The notes under the pieces were generated by a model, which was given only the letters and a program-made list of their open reading frames with translations, searched no databases and was not told the DNA's origin. Source: Ruthenibacterium lactatiformans (GTDB lineage Bacteria > Actinomycetota > Coriobacteriia > Coriobacteriales > QAMH01). From it: a DNA stretch of 64,000 bases. The DNA is taken from NCBI GenBank assembly GCA_963614215.1, contig CAVECB010000001.1, forward strand, positions 38,604 through 102,603. Reading direction: 5' to 3'. Position numbers and translations under genes: made by a program. Shown here piece by piece: positions 53,873 through 63,581 of the stretch (position 1 is the stretch's first letter; each line of letters starts with the position of its first letter).

Positions 53873-53882
53873 TTTCGGGCAT

Positions 53883-55076
53883 ATGCCGGGCCTGTCCTTC
53901 AACAACAACCAAGGCCAGCAGCGACGACCGGGAGGATGGATCATCTCGGTCGTTTTGGTTGTGCTTTCCGTCCTACTGGTCACGCTGTGCGTGCGCTCGG
54001 ATGGCGGCGGCGCGTTTGCGGCCGTGCGCGACGGAGTGCAGACCGTGACCAAGCCCATGGCAAACGCGCTTTCCGTCATCTCCGGGCCGTTTCGTGCCGT
54101 GGGCGCGTCCAGCTCGGACGGCTCGAACATGAGCGAGGAGGACACGGCCAACCTGAAAGAGGAAAACGAGCAGCTGCGCACGCTGGTGGGCGAGCTGGAG
54201 GAGTACCGCCAGCAAGACAAGCGCCTGACCAGCCTGCTTTCCCTGCGCGACGCCTACAACCTCTCGACGCTGCCCGTCAACATCACGGGCATCACCTCCG
54301 GCTGGGAGCAGACGGCTACCATCGACAAGGGCAAAGACGACGGCGTGCGAGAAGGCCAGGGCGTCATGAGCTCGTGCGGCCTGTTCGGGCAGGTTGAATC
54401 CGCACAGGCCCACACGGCCACGGTGCGCCTCATCACCGACGCGCAAAGCTCGGTGTCGGCCAGGGTGCAAAGCTCGCGGGCGACGGGCATTCTGCGCGGC
54501 AGCTACGACGGCACGCTCGTCTTGGAGTACGTTTCCATCGACACGACGGTGGGAGCCGGCGACGTGATCGTCACTAGCGGCGACGGCGGCGCGTATCCGG
54601 GCGGCATCATCTTGGGGCGCGTGCGCACGGTCGACCAAGACTCCTCGAAGCTTTACTACCGCTTGACGGTCGCGCCCATCTACGACATCGCCTCGTGCCA
54701 AGAGGGGTTTGTCCTGACGGGCAACGAGGACGAGACCGCCAACCTGCTCTCCGACGACGTGATAAACGCGATCGCGGGCACGACCAGCGCGTCTGCCGAA
54801 AGCAACGCCGTCATCGGCGTGCGCATCCAAGAAGAGCAGCAAAAGCGCGAGGAAGCCGAGGCGAAGGTGACGGAGCTGGAAAACAAGGTCAAGGAGCTGG
54901 AGGCGGAGCTGAAGGCAGAGAGAGCCAGCTCGTCGTCGAGCTCGTCTGCGTCGTCGACGTCTTCTTCTAGCACGTCTAGCTCGGGCAGCTCGAGCACGAA
55001 CACGTCGGGCACGTCTTCGGCATCCGGCACCTCCGGCACCACCTCGACGGACGCGGCTGCGACGGGAGGCAACTAA
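53883..55076 (+). CDS. mreC: rod shape-determining protein MreC with a coiled-coil and Ser/Thr-rich C-terminal extension
   Basis: N-terminal TM helix, coiled coil (ENEQLRTLVGELEEYR) and an MreC beta domain (GDVIVTSGDGGAYPGGIILGRV). The position after mreB supports the call. Confidence 0.88.
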   Translation: MPGLSFNNNQGQQRRPGGWIISVVLVVLSVLLVTLCVRSDGGGAFAAVRDGVQTVTKPMANALSVISGPFRAVGASSSDGSNMSEEDTANLKEENEQLRTLVGELEEYRQQDKRLTSLLSLRDAYNLSTLPVNITGITSGWEQTATIDKGKDDGVREGQGVMSSCGLFGQVESAQAHTATVRLITDAQSSVSARVQSSRATGILRGSYDGTLVLEYVSIDTTVGAGDVIVTSGDGGAYPGGIILGRVRTVDQDSSKLYYRLTVAPIYDIASCQEGFVLTGNEDETANLLSDDVINAIAGTTSASAESNAVIGVRIQEEQQKREEAEAKVTELENKVKELEAELKAERASSSSSSSASSTSSSSTSSSGSSSTNTSGTSSASGTSGTTSTDAAATGGN

Positions 55077-55078
55077 CC

Positions 55079-55660
55079 ATGCTGGGAAAACCGCTCGTAT
55101 ACGCCATCACCTTCGTCGTCTGCATACTGCTGCAGGCCGCCATCGCGCCCAACATCGCGCTCTTCGGCGCGCAACCGAACTTCCTCCTCATCCCCGTCTT
55201 GCTCGTGGCGCTGCGTTCGGGCACAGGTCCTGCCTCCATCGCGGGCTTTTGCCTGGGCGTGCTCTACGACGCGATGACGAGCGGCACTATCGGGTGCATG
55301 GCGCTCGTGCTCGTGCTAGTCGCGTGGGTGGCCGGCGCCCTGAGCGCCAACATCGCCGCGGACAACGTGGCGGTCGCGCTGGTATACGCGGTGGTGGGCG
55401 CGCTGTTCACCGAATGCCTCTACGCCGTGTCCGTGCTGCTCACCACGACGGACAGCTCCGGTGCGCTTGGCGCCTTCGTCGGGCACGCGCTGCCCGGTTT
55501 TCTCTACACCGCCGTTTTCGCCTGCATCGGGCTGGCCACCATCACCCTCGCGATGGGCGAGGGGACGAGTTATCAGCCGCGCGCGGGGCAGGGCGGCGGC
55601 GCGCGCAAGAGGCCGGGCGGCAGGAAATCCGGCACCCCGCTCGACTCGCGCCTGCACTAG
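55079..55660 (+). CDS. mreD: rod shape-determining protein MreD (by position and topology)
   Basis: Polytopic hydrophobic protein of about 190 aa starting 2 nt after the mreC stop. The sequence itself is poorly diagnostic. Confidence 0.65.
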   Translation: MLGKPLVYAITFVVCILLQAAIAPNIALFGAQPNFLLIPVLLVALRSGTGPASIAGFCLGVLYDAMTSGTIGCMALVLVLVAWVAGALSANIAADNVAVALVYAVVGALFTECLYAVSVLLTTTDSSGALGAFVGHALPGFLYTAVFACIGLATITLAMGEGTSYQPRAGQGGGARKRPGGRKSGTPLDSRLH

Positions 55661-55706
55661 GAGCGGCTTTGCCCGCCTTGCCACAGAAAAGGGAAAGGAG
55701 GAACGC

Positions 55707-57746
55707 ATGACCCAGGCGGTCTTGGCATCGATAGTCGTGTTGCTGCTCGTCGCGGCGGTGTGCCTGATCGTGCTCGTCGTGCGTTCCGGCAATACGAAGC
55801 GCGCGCGCATCTCGCTGGGCGAGGAGCGCCAAAAGGGCATGCCCTCGGGCACGGAATCGCTCAACGGCGCGGGCACCAACGCCGATCGCAGCGTTTCCAG
55901 GCGCCTCTTCATCCTTTTTGGATTTGTCGTTGCAGCGCTTGGGTCGCTGTTCGTGCGCCTGTGGTCCATGCAGCTCGTCTCCGGCAAGGACTACACCGCG
56001 CAGGCCGAGTCCAACCGCACGACCGAGTACAAGACGGCGGCCTCGCGTGGGCGCATCTACGACCGCAACGGCAAGGAGCTGGTGGGCAACCGCTCCAGTT
56101 TTGCCGTGCTCGTGAATTCCGAGGTCCAATACGACGAGGGCACTATCCAGCGCCTTTCCAATGTGTTGGGCATTCCACGTGAAACAGTCGCGCAGCTCGC
56201 GGCCAGCCAGTCGGAGGGCGCGCAGGCCGACCGCCTGATATCGCTCGACGTCTCGGATAGATCCGTGGCTTTCATCAGCGAGCATCCGAGCGCCTTTCCC
56301 GGCGTGCAGGTCGAGGCTCGCACCGTGCGCACCTATCCGATGGGCAGCCTGGCCGCGCACATACTGGGCTACACGGGCACCATTTCGGCCGAAGAGCTGA
56401 AGAACCAGACGCTGGGGATGACCTATGAAAGCGGCGACACCGTGGGCAAGGATGGCGCCGAACAAGCTTTCGAGGGCTACCTGCAAGGCGACCACGGCGT
56501 GAAGCGCGTGGAGATCAATGCGGCGGGCGAGGTGGTGAGCCAGCTGGACACGGTCGACCCCGTGCAGGGCAACGACGTGCGCCTGACCATCGACGCCGAC
56601 ATCCAGAAGGTGGCCGAAGACGCCTTGCAGCAGGCCTTCGACGACGCGCGCACGAACAAGTACCTGAACGCGCAGGCCGGTGCCATCGTGTGTATGGACT
56701 GCACGAACGGCGAGATTATCGCGATGGCCTCGGCGCCCACCTACGACCCTGCCGAGTTCATCGGCGGCATATCCAGCGAGACCTGGGAGCGCCTGACCGA
56801 TGAGGATTCGGGATACCCGCTGTCGAATCGCTGCATCGCCGGCCAGTACCCGGCGGCCTCGACCTTCAAGGGCTTCACCGGCCTGGCGGGTTTGCAGTAC
56901 GGCTACGCCTCGGAGGGCAGTACCTGGCATTGCGCGGGCACCTGGACCGGGTTCGGCGAGGCGTGGCCGCAGAAATGTTGGAACACCGAAGGGCACGGCG
57001 ACATCGGTTTCCACATGGGCATCGTCGAGTCCTGCGACGTCGTCTTCTACGAGATAGCCAAGCGTTTCTACGACGAGGACACCACCAACGTGGCGCTCCA
57101 GACCTACCTACAGAGCTGGGGTTTTGGCTCAAAGACCGGCATCGAGTTGCCGGGCGAGGCGGCAGGACGCGTGCCCACCCCGGAGTGGAAGAAAAACTAC
57201 AACCGCGACGCGCCCGAAAACCAGGCCTGGCAGCCGGGCGACATGTCCAACCTCATCATCGGCCAGGGCGATTTGCTGGTCAGCCCCCTGCAGATTGCCT
57301 GCGGGTATGCCGGCCTTGCCACGGGGCGCATCCCCAAGCCCGTGTTGCTGCACTCGGTCGTGAGTGCCGACGGCAAAACCAACGTCGTGGACGGCGCGAA
57401 GTTCCAGGGCTCGACCTATTCGCCGCAGTTCGAGCAGGCCAACATCGAGATCATGCGCAACGGTTTTCGCGGGGTGGTGGCCGACGGGTCGGTGAAGTCG
57501 GTGTTTGCCGACATGGCCACGACGACCTCGGGAAAGACGGGCACGGGCGAGGTGGCCGGCAAGGACAACTTCGGCTGGTACGTGGGGTTTGGACCTTCCG
57601 ACAATCCGAAATACGTGTGCGCCTGCTGCATCGAGGAAGGCGGCTCCGGCGGCTCGTGCGCCGCGCCGGCCGTGCGCCAGGTGCTCTCCGCGGCCTTCGG
57701 CGAGGAAGTCAAGCACATATTCGTCCAGTCCACGAGGGAGCGCTGA
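55707..57746 (+). CDS. mrdA: penicillin-binding protein 2 (elongasome transpeptidase)
   Basis: ORF trimmed to ATG 55707 (AAAGGAGG upstream). Motifs RGRIYDRNGKELV, the SxxK motif ASTFKG, SCD and KTGTGE are present. Confidence 0.88.
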   Translation: MTQAVLASIVVLLLVAAVCLIVLVVRSGNTKRARISLGEERQKGMPSGTESLNGAGTNADRSVSRRLFILFGFVVAALGSLFVRLWSMQLVSGKDYTAQAESNRTTEYKTAASRGRIYDRNGKELVGNRSSFAVLVNSEVQYDEGTIQRLSNVLGIPRETVAQLAASQSEGAQADRLISLDVSDRSVAFISEHPSAFPGVQVEARTVRTYPMGSLAAHILGYTGTISAEELKNQTLGMTYESGDTVGKDGAEQAFEGYLQGDHGVKRVEINAAGEVVSQLDTVDPVQGNDVRLTIDADIQKVAEDALQQAFDDARTNKYLNAQAGAIVCMDCTNGEIIAMASAPTYDPAEFIGGISSETWERLTDEDSGYPLSNRCIAGQYPAASTFKGFTGLAGLQYGYASEGSTWHCAGTWTGFGEAWPQKCWNTEGHGDIGFHMGIVESCDVVFYEIAKRFYDEDTTNVALQTYLQSWGFGSKTGIELPGEAAGRVPTPEWKKNYNRDAPENQAWQPGDMSNLIIGQGDLLVSPLQIACGYAGLATGRIPKPVLLHSVVSADGKTNVVDGAKFQGSTYSPQFEQANIEIMRNGFRGVVADGSVKSVFADMATTTSGKTGTGEVAGKDNFGWYVGFGPSDNPKYVCACCIEEGGSGGSCAAPAVRQVLSAAFGEEVKHIFVQSTRER

Positions 57747-57753
57747 GGCCACC

Positions 57754-59004
57754 ATGCCCTTTTCCCTGCCACGGCGCGAGCCGAAAGTGCACCAGCGCGA
57801 GGGCGTCGCACAAAAGCGCCCCCTGCCCGGCGCGAACTCAACCATCAACTTCTTGCTGCTGGCTGCCGTGCTTGCCTTGTTGGTCACGGGTGTGATTACC
57901 CTCTATGCCGTCACGCGCACCTCGACCGAGTACTCGCTGTGGCGCCAGATTGGCGGCATCGGCCTCGGCGTCGTGGCCATGGCGGCGTTTTGGGCCTTCG
58001 ACTACCGACGCTTTTCCGAGTGGTTCGTGCCCCTGTTCATCCTCGACATCGTCCTCATACTGCTGCCGCAGGTGCCGGGCCTGGGCGTCGAGGTGAACGG
58101 CGCGACCTCGTGGATCCGCGTAGGGTCGCTGTCGTTTCAGCCCTCCGAAATTGCAAAGCCCGTGACCATCGTCGCCATCGCGGCGTTTGCGGCGCGCTTC
58201 GAGGGCCAGATTGACTCCGGGTCGGCCTACCTGAAGCTGCTCGGCGCCCTGCTCGTGCCTGTCGTCTTGCTCGTGCGCGAGGACTTCGGCTCGGCGCTTG
58301 TCATCTTCATCGTCGGCTTCGTCATCATCTGCGTGGCCGGCGCGGCGCGGCGCTGGATCCTCATCACCGTCATCACGCTTGCCGTGGCGGCGGCGGGCGC
58401 CTTGTGCATGAACGGCTGGATTAGCGATTGGACCGGCGGCAAGGTGCAGCTGATCAAGCCCTACCAGATGTCGCGTCTGCTCGTCTTCATCGACCAGGAC
58501 AACCCCGACTACGCCGACGACGCTTACAACTTGAACCAGGCAAAGATCGCGGTGGGCAGCGGCGAGGTCACGGGCAAGGGCTTCGGCAACGCCACGCAAA
58601 GCTCCGGCGGCTTTTTGCCCGAGTCCGCCACCGACTTCATCTTCTGCGTCTATGCCGAGCAGTTCGGCTTTTTGGGCTCGGTCATATTGCTGGGACTCTA
58701 CCTTGCGCTGCTGGGGGCGGCGCTGTCTGTCGGCCTTGCCGCCGGCGATTTGTTCGGTACGCTCATCACGGCAGGCGTCATGGCTATGTGGCTGTTCCAG
58801 ATTATGGAAAACATCGGTATGGACCTAGGCCTCATGCCCATCACGGGCATCCCGTTGCCGTTCATGAGCTACGGCTCGTCGTTTATGATTACCAACTTTA
58901 TCTGCGTGGGGCTGCTATGCTCTGTGTGGGGCCGCCGCATGGATGTCGGCGGGAACGCCAAAACGAGAAAGGCGGGGTTGAGCAATGCCCAAGATGCCCA
59001 TTGA
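57754..59004 (+). CDS. rodA: SEDS-family peptidoglycan polymerase RodA
   Basis: ORF trimmed to ATG 57754. SLSFQPSEIAKP, PESATDFIF and GLMPITGIPLPFMSYGSS are FtsW/RodA signatures. The position after mrdA supports the call. Confidence 0.88.
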   Translation: MPFSLPRREPKVHQREGVAQKRPLPGANSTINFLLLAAVLALLVTGVITLYAVTRTSTEYSLWRQIGGIGLGVVAMAAFWAFDYRRFSEWFVPLFILDIVLILLPQVPGLGVEVNGATSWIRVGSLSFQPSEIAKPVTIVAIAAFAARFEGQIDSGSAYLKLLGALLVPVVLLVREDFGSALVIFIVGFVIICVAGAARRWILITVITLAVAAAGALCMNGWISDWTGGKVQLIKPYQMSRLLVFIDQDNPDYADDAYNLNQAKIAVGSGEVTGKGFGNATQSSGGFLPESATDFIFCVYAEQFGFLGSVILLGLYLALLGAALSVGLAAGDLFGTLITAGVMAMWLFQIMENIGMDLGLMPITGIPLPFMSYGSSFMITNFICVGLLCSVWGRRMDVGGNAKTRKAGLSNAQDAH

Positions 59005-60037
59005 CGTGAAACAGATCCTCGAGGCCGCTGTCGGGTTCGGCCAGGAGCGCGACGCGGCGCTGCTGGTGGACGTGGTCTTTGACGCGACGGCATCCGATGC
59101 CCTGATCGGGGCGCTGACGACCGCATTGTGCGAGGACGTGCAGGCGGCAAACGCCGATGTGGCGCATTATGTGCTTTCTGGCGGGCTGCCCGCGCTGCGT
59201 GCGGACGCGGATTTGTGCGTGGTCGTGGGAGGGCAGTCGAGAAAGCTCGGCAACGTCATGGGCACGGCGCGCAACAACGGCACGGCGGCCGTGTGCGTGA
59301 TAGAGCGCAACGTGACTTTCTTCACGGAAGGCGGCACGGGCGCGGGCATTGCGGGCGCCGGTGCTGCAGGTGTTGCGGGCGCTGTTGCGGGCGCCGCCGT
59401 CGGTGAAGCGGGTACCGCGGCAGGTGAAGCGGGGGCGGGTGCCGTCGCGTTGGCGCCGAGCGTTTTCATCCCCAACGAGACGGAGTACATTGCCGCCATC
59501 GACGTTGACGACATCGTGGACGTGGACCTCTCCGAGGAGCGTCCGCTCGACGCCCTGGCCACGTGGGCATCTTCGCGCCTGCCGAAAAAGCAACTGGCGA
59601 TGGGCGCGGCCTTTCCCTTCATGCGCCACGTCCTCGCCCGCGAGCTCACCCAAAGCAACGCCATCGCCAACGGCGCAATTGGCGTGGTGGCCTTCGTGCC
59701 GGGATCGGACATGCCGCTCATCACCGCCAATCAAGTGAAGCTCGTCTTGCAGATGGCGGCCGTGTACGGCAAGGAAATTGACCGCGCCCGGGTGAAGGAG
59801 GCCGTCGCGGTCGTGCTTGGCGCGTTTGGGTGGCGTGCGCTTGCGCGGCGCCTTACGCGCTTTGTGCCGGTGCTGGGCGTGCCGGTGAAGACGGCGGTCG
59901 CGTACACGGGCACCTTGGCCGTGGGGCATGCGGCCTGCGTCTACTTCGAGAACGGCGGCGAGGAGAAGTGCGAGAAGGCCGTCGAGACGGTCGTGGAGAA
60001 GGGCAGGGAGCTGCTCGCGCGCACGGACGCCGCGTGA
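58985..60037 (+). CDS. hypothetical protein; the C-terminal half resembles DUF697/YcjF-like membrane-associated domains
   Basis: The gene overlaps the rodA 3' end by 20 nt. It has a Gly/Ala low-complexity insert. The segment AFVPGSDMPLITANQVKLVLQMAAVYGKEID resembles DUF697. This assignment is from memory only. Confidence 0.55.
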   Translation: MPKMPIDVKQILEAAVGFGQERDAALLVDVVFDATASDALIGALTTALCEDVQAANADVAHYVLSGGLPALRADADLCVVVGGQSRKLGNVMGTARNNGTAAVCVIERNVTFFTEGGTGAGIAGAGAAGVAGAVAGAAVGEAGTAAGEAGAGAVALAPSVFIPNETEYIAAIDVDDIVDVDLSEERPLDALATWASSRLPKKQLAMGAAFPFMRHVLARELTQSNAIANGAIGVVAFVPGSDMPLITANQVKLVLQMAAVYGKEIDRARVKEAVAVVLGAFGWRALARRLTRFVPVLGVPVKTAVAYTGTLAVGHAACVYFENGGEEKCEKAVETVVEKGRELLARTDAA

Positions 60038-61194
60038 AGGCGGAGCATGCGTCCGTGCAGGTGTTAGACGCCAATCTTGAGATAGACCTCGCGGGCGAGC
60101 TGGGCGGCGGGGCGTTTATGGACGACGACGCCACGGGTTGCGCGCTTGCGCTCGTGGCAGATGGCGTGGCGACGACGGGTTGCGAGCGGGTCGTCTTGGA
60201 AGGCGCGCGGCGCGTGCCTGGCCTCGATGTGTCCGAACTTGCGCGGCGCCTAGGGCCTGCGCTCGCGGCTGATGTGAGCATATTCGTCCGCGAGGATGCC
60301 GGCGGCGACGAAGACGGCGGCGACGGTGCCGGCGACGGCGCTGGAGGCGCTGACGATGGCAAAGCTGCCGACGACGGCAAGGCTGCTGCCTGCGCACGCG
60401 AGTCTGCGCCCCTCACGCTGCTGGCGCGGGGCTGCGCCGGCATGTCGGGCGGTTTGGACATGGGCGGCGATTTTTCTTTACGCATCGTGTATGCAAAGGA
60501 CGGCGAGGCGCGCGCCCTCTCGCACAGGGACACCATGCGCGAGCTGGAGCGCTGCGTGCGCCGGGCGCGGCTGCCCTACGACGTCAGCCACGGTGCCCGC
60601 CCGCACATGAGGACGGTGCCAGGACCTGCCCTGCCGCCGGACTGCATCGGGCGTGCCGAGCCTTTCGACGTGCGTCTGTGCGCGTACGTGCCCGCGCGCA
60701 GGGTATGCGACGCCTTGAACCACGTGGCGCCTGCGGGGCTTGCGTTCGTATCGTGCGCGTACACGGACCTGCACGCCGCGAGCGCCGCGCAGGCCTTTCC
60801 TGAAAGCATATGGGAGGCGCGTGTGACAGGCGTTTTGCCAGACGCGCTGCAGGCCGCGCTTGACGGCCTTGTGGAGCAGGGCTTTCTCGAGCTGAAAAAG
60901 GTGAAGCAGACGAAGGCCGGGCCAATCGAGCAGGTAAAGCGCGTCGATTTCGCCGGCCGCCTCGTCTCGGCACCGCAGGTCGCCGTGGTAGAAGGCGGCA
61001 ACGGCGCTTCATCGGCAGGAGCATGCTCTAGCCTGCGATGCACATGGGAGACGCATGATGCGGGGAACGGCGCTCTGCGCGCGGACCTGTTCATGACCGA
61101 GGCGCTCTCGCGTGTGCCCGGCGCGCGGCTCGTCTCGATTACCCGCACGGCCCTGCGCGGCGAAGCATGCGACGAGGCGCACGGGAAAGCCTGA
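60034..61194 (+). CDS. DUF2344 / TIGR03936-like (radical-SAM-linked) protein with an N-terminal extension
   Basis: LRIVYAKDGEARALSHRDTMRELERCVRRARLPYDVSHGARPHM matches the family core (R.F.K.G..R..SH.D......R...RA.LP...S.GF.P). The GTG start overlaps the upstream stop (GTGA). The start is uncertain. Confidence 0.55.
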   Translation: MKAEHASVQVLDANLEIDLAGELGGGAFMDDDATGCALALVADGVATTGCERVVLEGARRVPGLDVSELARRLGPALAADVSIFVREDAGGDEDGGDGAGDGAGGADDGKAADDGKAAACARESAPLTLLARGCAGMSGGLDMGGDFSLRIVYAKDGEARALSHRDTMRELERCVRRARLPYDVSHGARPHMRTVPGPALPPDCIGRAEPFDVRLCAYVPARRVCDALNHVAPAGLAFVSCAYTDLHAASAAQAFPESIWEARVTGVLPDALQAALDGLVEQGFLELKKVKQTKAGPIEQVKRVDFAGRLVSAPQVAVVEGGNGASSAGACSSLRCTWETHDAGNGALRADLFMTEALSRVPGARLVSITRTALRGEACDEAHGKA

Positions 61195-61309
61195 CGCAGG
61201 CGGCGCTTCGCGCGTTTGCCCGGCCGCCGCTTGAAAAGCGAGGGAAAAACGAAAAGAATGGAAAACCCACGCGCGCCGCGCGCGCATCCACGACATGCGA
61301 GGAGCAGAT

Positions 61310-62335
61310 ATGAGCTGGACGAAGAAGATGCCCGCACGCCCGGTCGTCGCCGTGTGCGGGGCGACAGGCGCCGTCGGCCGCGAGATGCTGAAGGTGCTCG
61401 AGCAACGCGCCTTTCCCGCCGCAGAGGTCCGCGCGCTCGCCTCGGCGCGTTCCGCTGGCAGCACGCTGCCCTTTGCGGGCGGCGAGCTAGTTGTCGCCGA
61501 GATGGGCGAGGACAGCTTCGCCGGCGTGGACATCGCGCTGTTCAGCGCGGGCGCATCCATCTCTAAGCGCTTCCGTGAGTCGGTTGTGACGGCCGGCGCC
61601 GTAATGATCGACAACTCTAGCGCGTTTCGCCAGGACGCCGATGTGCCGCTCGTGGTGCCCGAGGTGAATGCGCACGACCTCGCCTGGCATTCCGGCGTCA
61701 TCGCCAACCCCAACTGCTCGACGATTGAGATGGTCGTGCCCTTGAAGGCGCTTGCCGATGCGGCGGGCGGCATCCGGCGCGTCGTCGTGTCCACCTACCA
61801 GGCGGCAAGCGGCGCGGGCGCGAAAGGCATGGACGAGCTCTACAACCAGACGCGCGAGTTCTTGGACGAACGTCCGCTTTCCATATCGGCCTTCAGCGAC
61901 CAGATTGCCTTTAACGTCATCCCCCACATCGACGTGCCCGTTGCCGACGGGTACTACAAGGAAGAGTGGAAGATGGTCGTCGAGACGCAGAAGATCTTCG
62001 GCGACGACTCCATCCAGGTCGCGCCCACCTGCGTGCGCGTGCCGGTCTTGCGCTGCCATGCCGAATCGCTCAACGTCGAGTTCAACGAGCCTATCTCGGC
62101 CGAGCGTGCCCGCGAGGTGCTGGCAGCTGCGCCGGGTGTTGCCGTGGAAGACGACTACGAGCAGCTGCTCTATCCCATGCCCGGCCTGAAGCAGGGCAGC
62201 GACGAGGTGTTCGTCGGGCGCATACGCAAAGACCACACGGTGGAAAACGGACTGGCGTTTTGGCTGGTCATGGACCAGGTCCGCAAGGGCGCTGCGCTAA
62301 ACGCTGTCCAGATCGCCGAGGCCCTGTTGCTGTAG
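61310..62335 (+). CDS. asd: aspartate-semialdehyde dehydrogenase
   Basis: VAVCGATGAVGREM, the active-site NPNCSTI and STYQAASGAG are present. ORF trimmed to ATG 61310. Confidence 0.92.
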   Translation: MSWTKKMPARPVVAVCGATGAVGREMLKVLEQRAFPAAEVRALASARSAGSTLPFAGGELVVAEMGEDSFAGVDIALFSAGASISKRFRESVVTAGAVMIDNSSAFRQDADVPLVVPEVNAHDLAWHSGVIANPNCSTIEMVVPLKALADAAGGIRRVVVSTYQAASGAGAKGMDELYNQTREFLDERPLSISAFSDQIAFNVIPHIDVPVADGYYKEEWKMVVETQKIFGDDSIQVAPTCVRVPVLRCHAESLNVEFNEPISAERAREVLAAAPGVAVEDDYEQLLYPMPGLKQGSDEVFVGRIRKDHTVENGLAFWLVMDQVRKGAALNAVQIAEALLL

Positions 62336-62362
62336 TCGCTGTTCGTATGCGTGCGGCGGCAA

Positions 62363-62467
62363 GGGCGCGGGGGCGTGTCCCGTGCTCAGACAGTCCTCGC
62401 TTTGGCAAGCAGCCCACTGGGCTGCTTGCGTCGCTGTGGAACTGCGCCGGGACACGCCCCCGCGCCC
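62363..62467. repeat. nested palindrome: 20-bp perfect outer stem enclosing an 11-bp hairpin
   Basis: GGGCGCGGGGGCGTGTCCCG (62363-62382) pairs with CGGGACACGCCCCCGCGCCC (62448-62467). The inner hairpin is GCAAGCAGCCC-ACT-GGGCTGCTTGC (62405-62429). The element lies between the asd stop and tRNA-Val. Confidence 0.85.
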
Positions 62468-62537
62468 CGTTTCGCCCATGCTTGACGGCGACCTTCGCGC
62501 AGGCGTGCGCTGCACGGGTATAATGTCGCGCGTGCGT

Positions 62538-62612
62538 GGGCGATTGGCGCAGCGGTAGCGCAGCTGCTTTACACGCAGAAGGTCGCAGGTTCGAACCCTG
62601 CATCGCCCACCA
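62538..62612 (+). tRNA. tRNA-Val (anticodon UAC)
   Basis: The 75-nt sequence folds by hand. Acceptor GGGCGAT/ATCGCCC, anticodon loop TTTACAC, T arm GCAGG-TTCGAAC-CCTGC, and an encoded CCA. TATAAT lies 15 nt upstream. Confidence 0.9.
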
Positions 62613-62731
62613 ACATGCATGCCTGCACGCCGCGCAGCACCGCCGCGCGCATCGTGCGGCCTGCGCGACGCACCCGCACTTTCGCCCGCCCCCTTTCACC
62701 TGCCGCACACTCCTCAAGAAAGAACGTGAAG

Positions 62732-63460
62732 ATGTCGCAACCCGACCAGACCCAAAGTTTCGAGATGCTCGTCGAGTTCACCAAAGACGACGACCCCAAG
62801 GCGCGCGCCCTGGCCGTCATGGGGCTGGCGCGCACGGCGGGTGCGGCCGCCTTCGCCCCCGTCGTGGTTGCGTTGTTCGACCCGGTAGACGAGGTGCGCA
62901 CTACCTGCGCCGCCGCTCTTGGGGTGATGAACGACGAACGTGCCTTGGAGCCGCTGCTCGAAGGGGTGAAAGACCCGTGCGAGCAGACGTCGGCCAACTG
63001 CGTGTGGGCGCTCGGTCAGATCGACGCGAAGCGCTGCCTAGATGCGGTGCTCGACCTGCTGGCCGACGTCTCGCGTCCCGCCCACGTGCGCATCGCGGCG
63101 GCCACGGCCATAGGCGAGCGCTGTGAGAAACCGGGCAGCGACATCGCCGCCCACGTCTCCGTACAAGAGCGCGCCCGCCGCGCCCTTTTGTCCGTGCTCG
63201 AAGAGGAACCGGGCATCGATGCCCTGCGCGGCGCGTCCGTTTGGTCGCTTGGGCACCTACCCTTCGACAAGCAGACGGTCGGCACCTGCATCGACCTGCT
63301 CGAAGATGCCTCCACCTGGACCGTGCGCTACGCCATCGAGGCACTCGCGAACTTCAAGGCCCTAGAGGCCTTGAGCCCGCTCGAGGAGCTGGCCGACAGC
63401 CCCGACGAGGAGACCGCGCGTCTGGCCGCGCAGGCAATCGAGGCCATTCACCTGCACTGA
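62732..63460 (+). CDS. HEAT-repeat (PBS-lyase-like) protein
   Basis: ORF trimmed to ATG 62732. It contains repeated units of the type D..VR..AA.ALG......A...L (DEVRTTCAAALGVM, AHVRIAAATAIGE, WTVRYAIEALAN). Confidence 0.7.
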   Translation: MSQPDQTQSFEMLVEFTKDDDPKARALAVMGLARTAGAAAFAPVVVALFDPVDEVRTTCAAALGVMNDERALEPLLEGVKDPCEQTSANCVWALGQIDAKRCLDAVLDLLADVSRPAHVRIAAATAIGERCEKPGSDIAAHVSVQERARRALLSVLEEEPGIDALRGASVWSLGHLPFDKQTVGTCIDLLEDASTWTVRYAIEALANFKALEALSPLEELADSPDEETARLAAQAIEAIHLH

Positions 63461-63581
63461 CCTCGTCCATCATCAAATCTGCACGCTTGCGGTTCATACT
63501 CGCCCGCGCATATTGCCTGAAAGAGGGCACGTGGTAGAATCCCTCTTCATGTTTCGAGTGTGTGTCGTCGAGGAGAGACAT

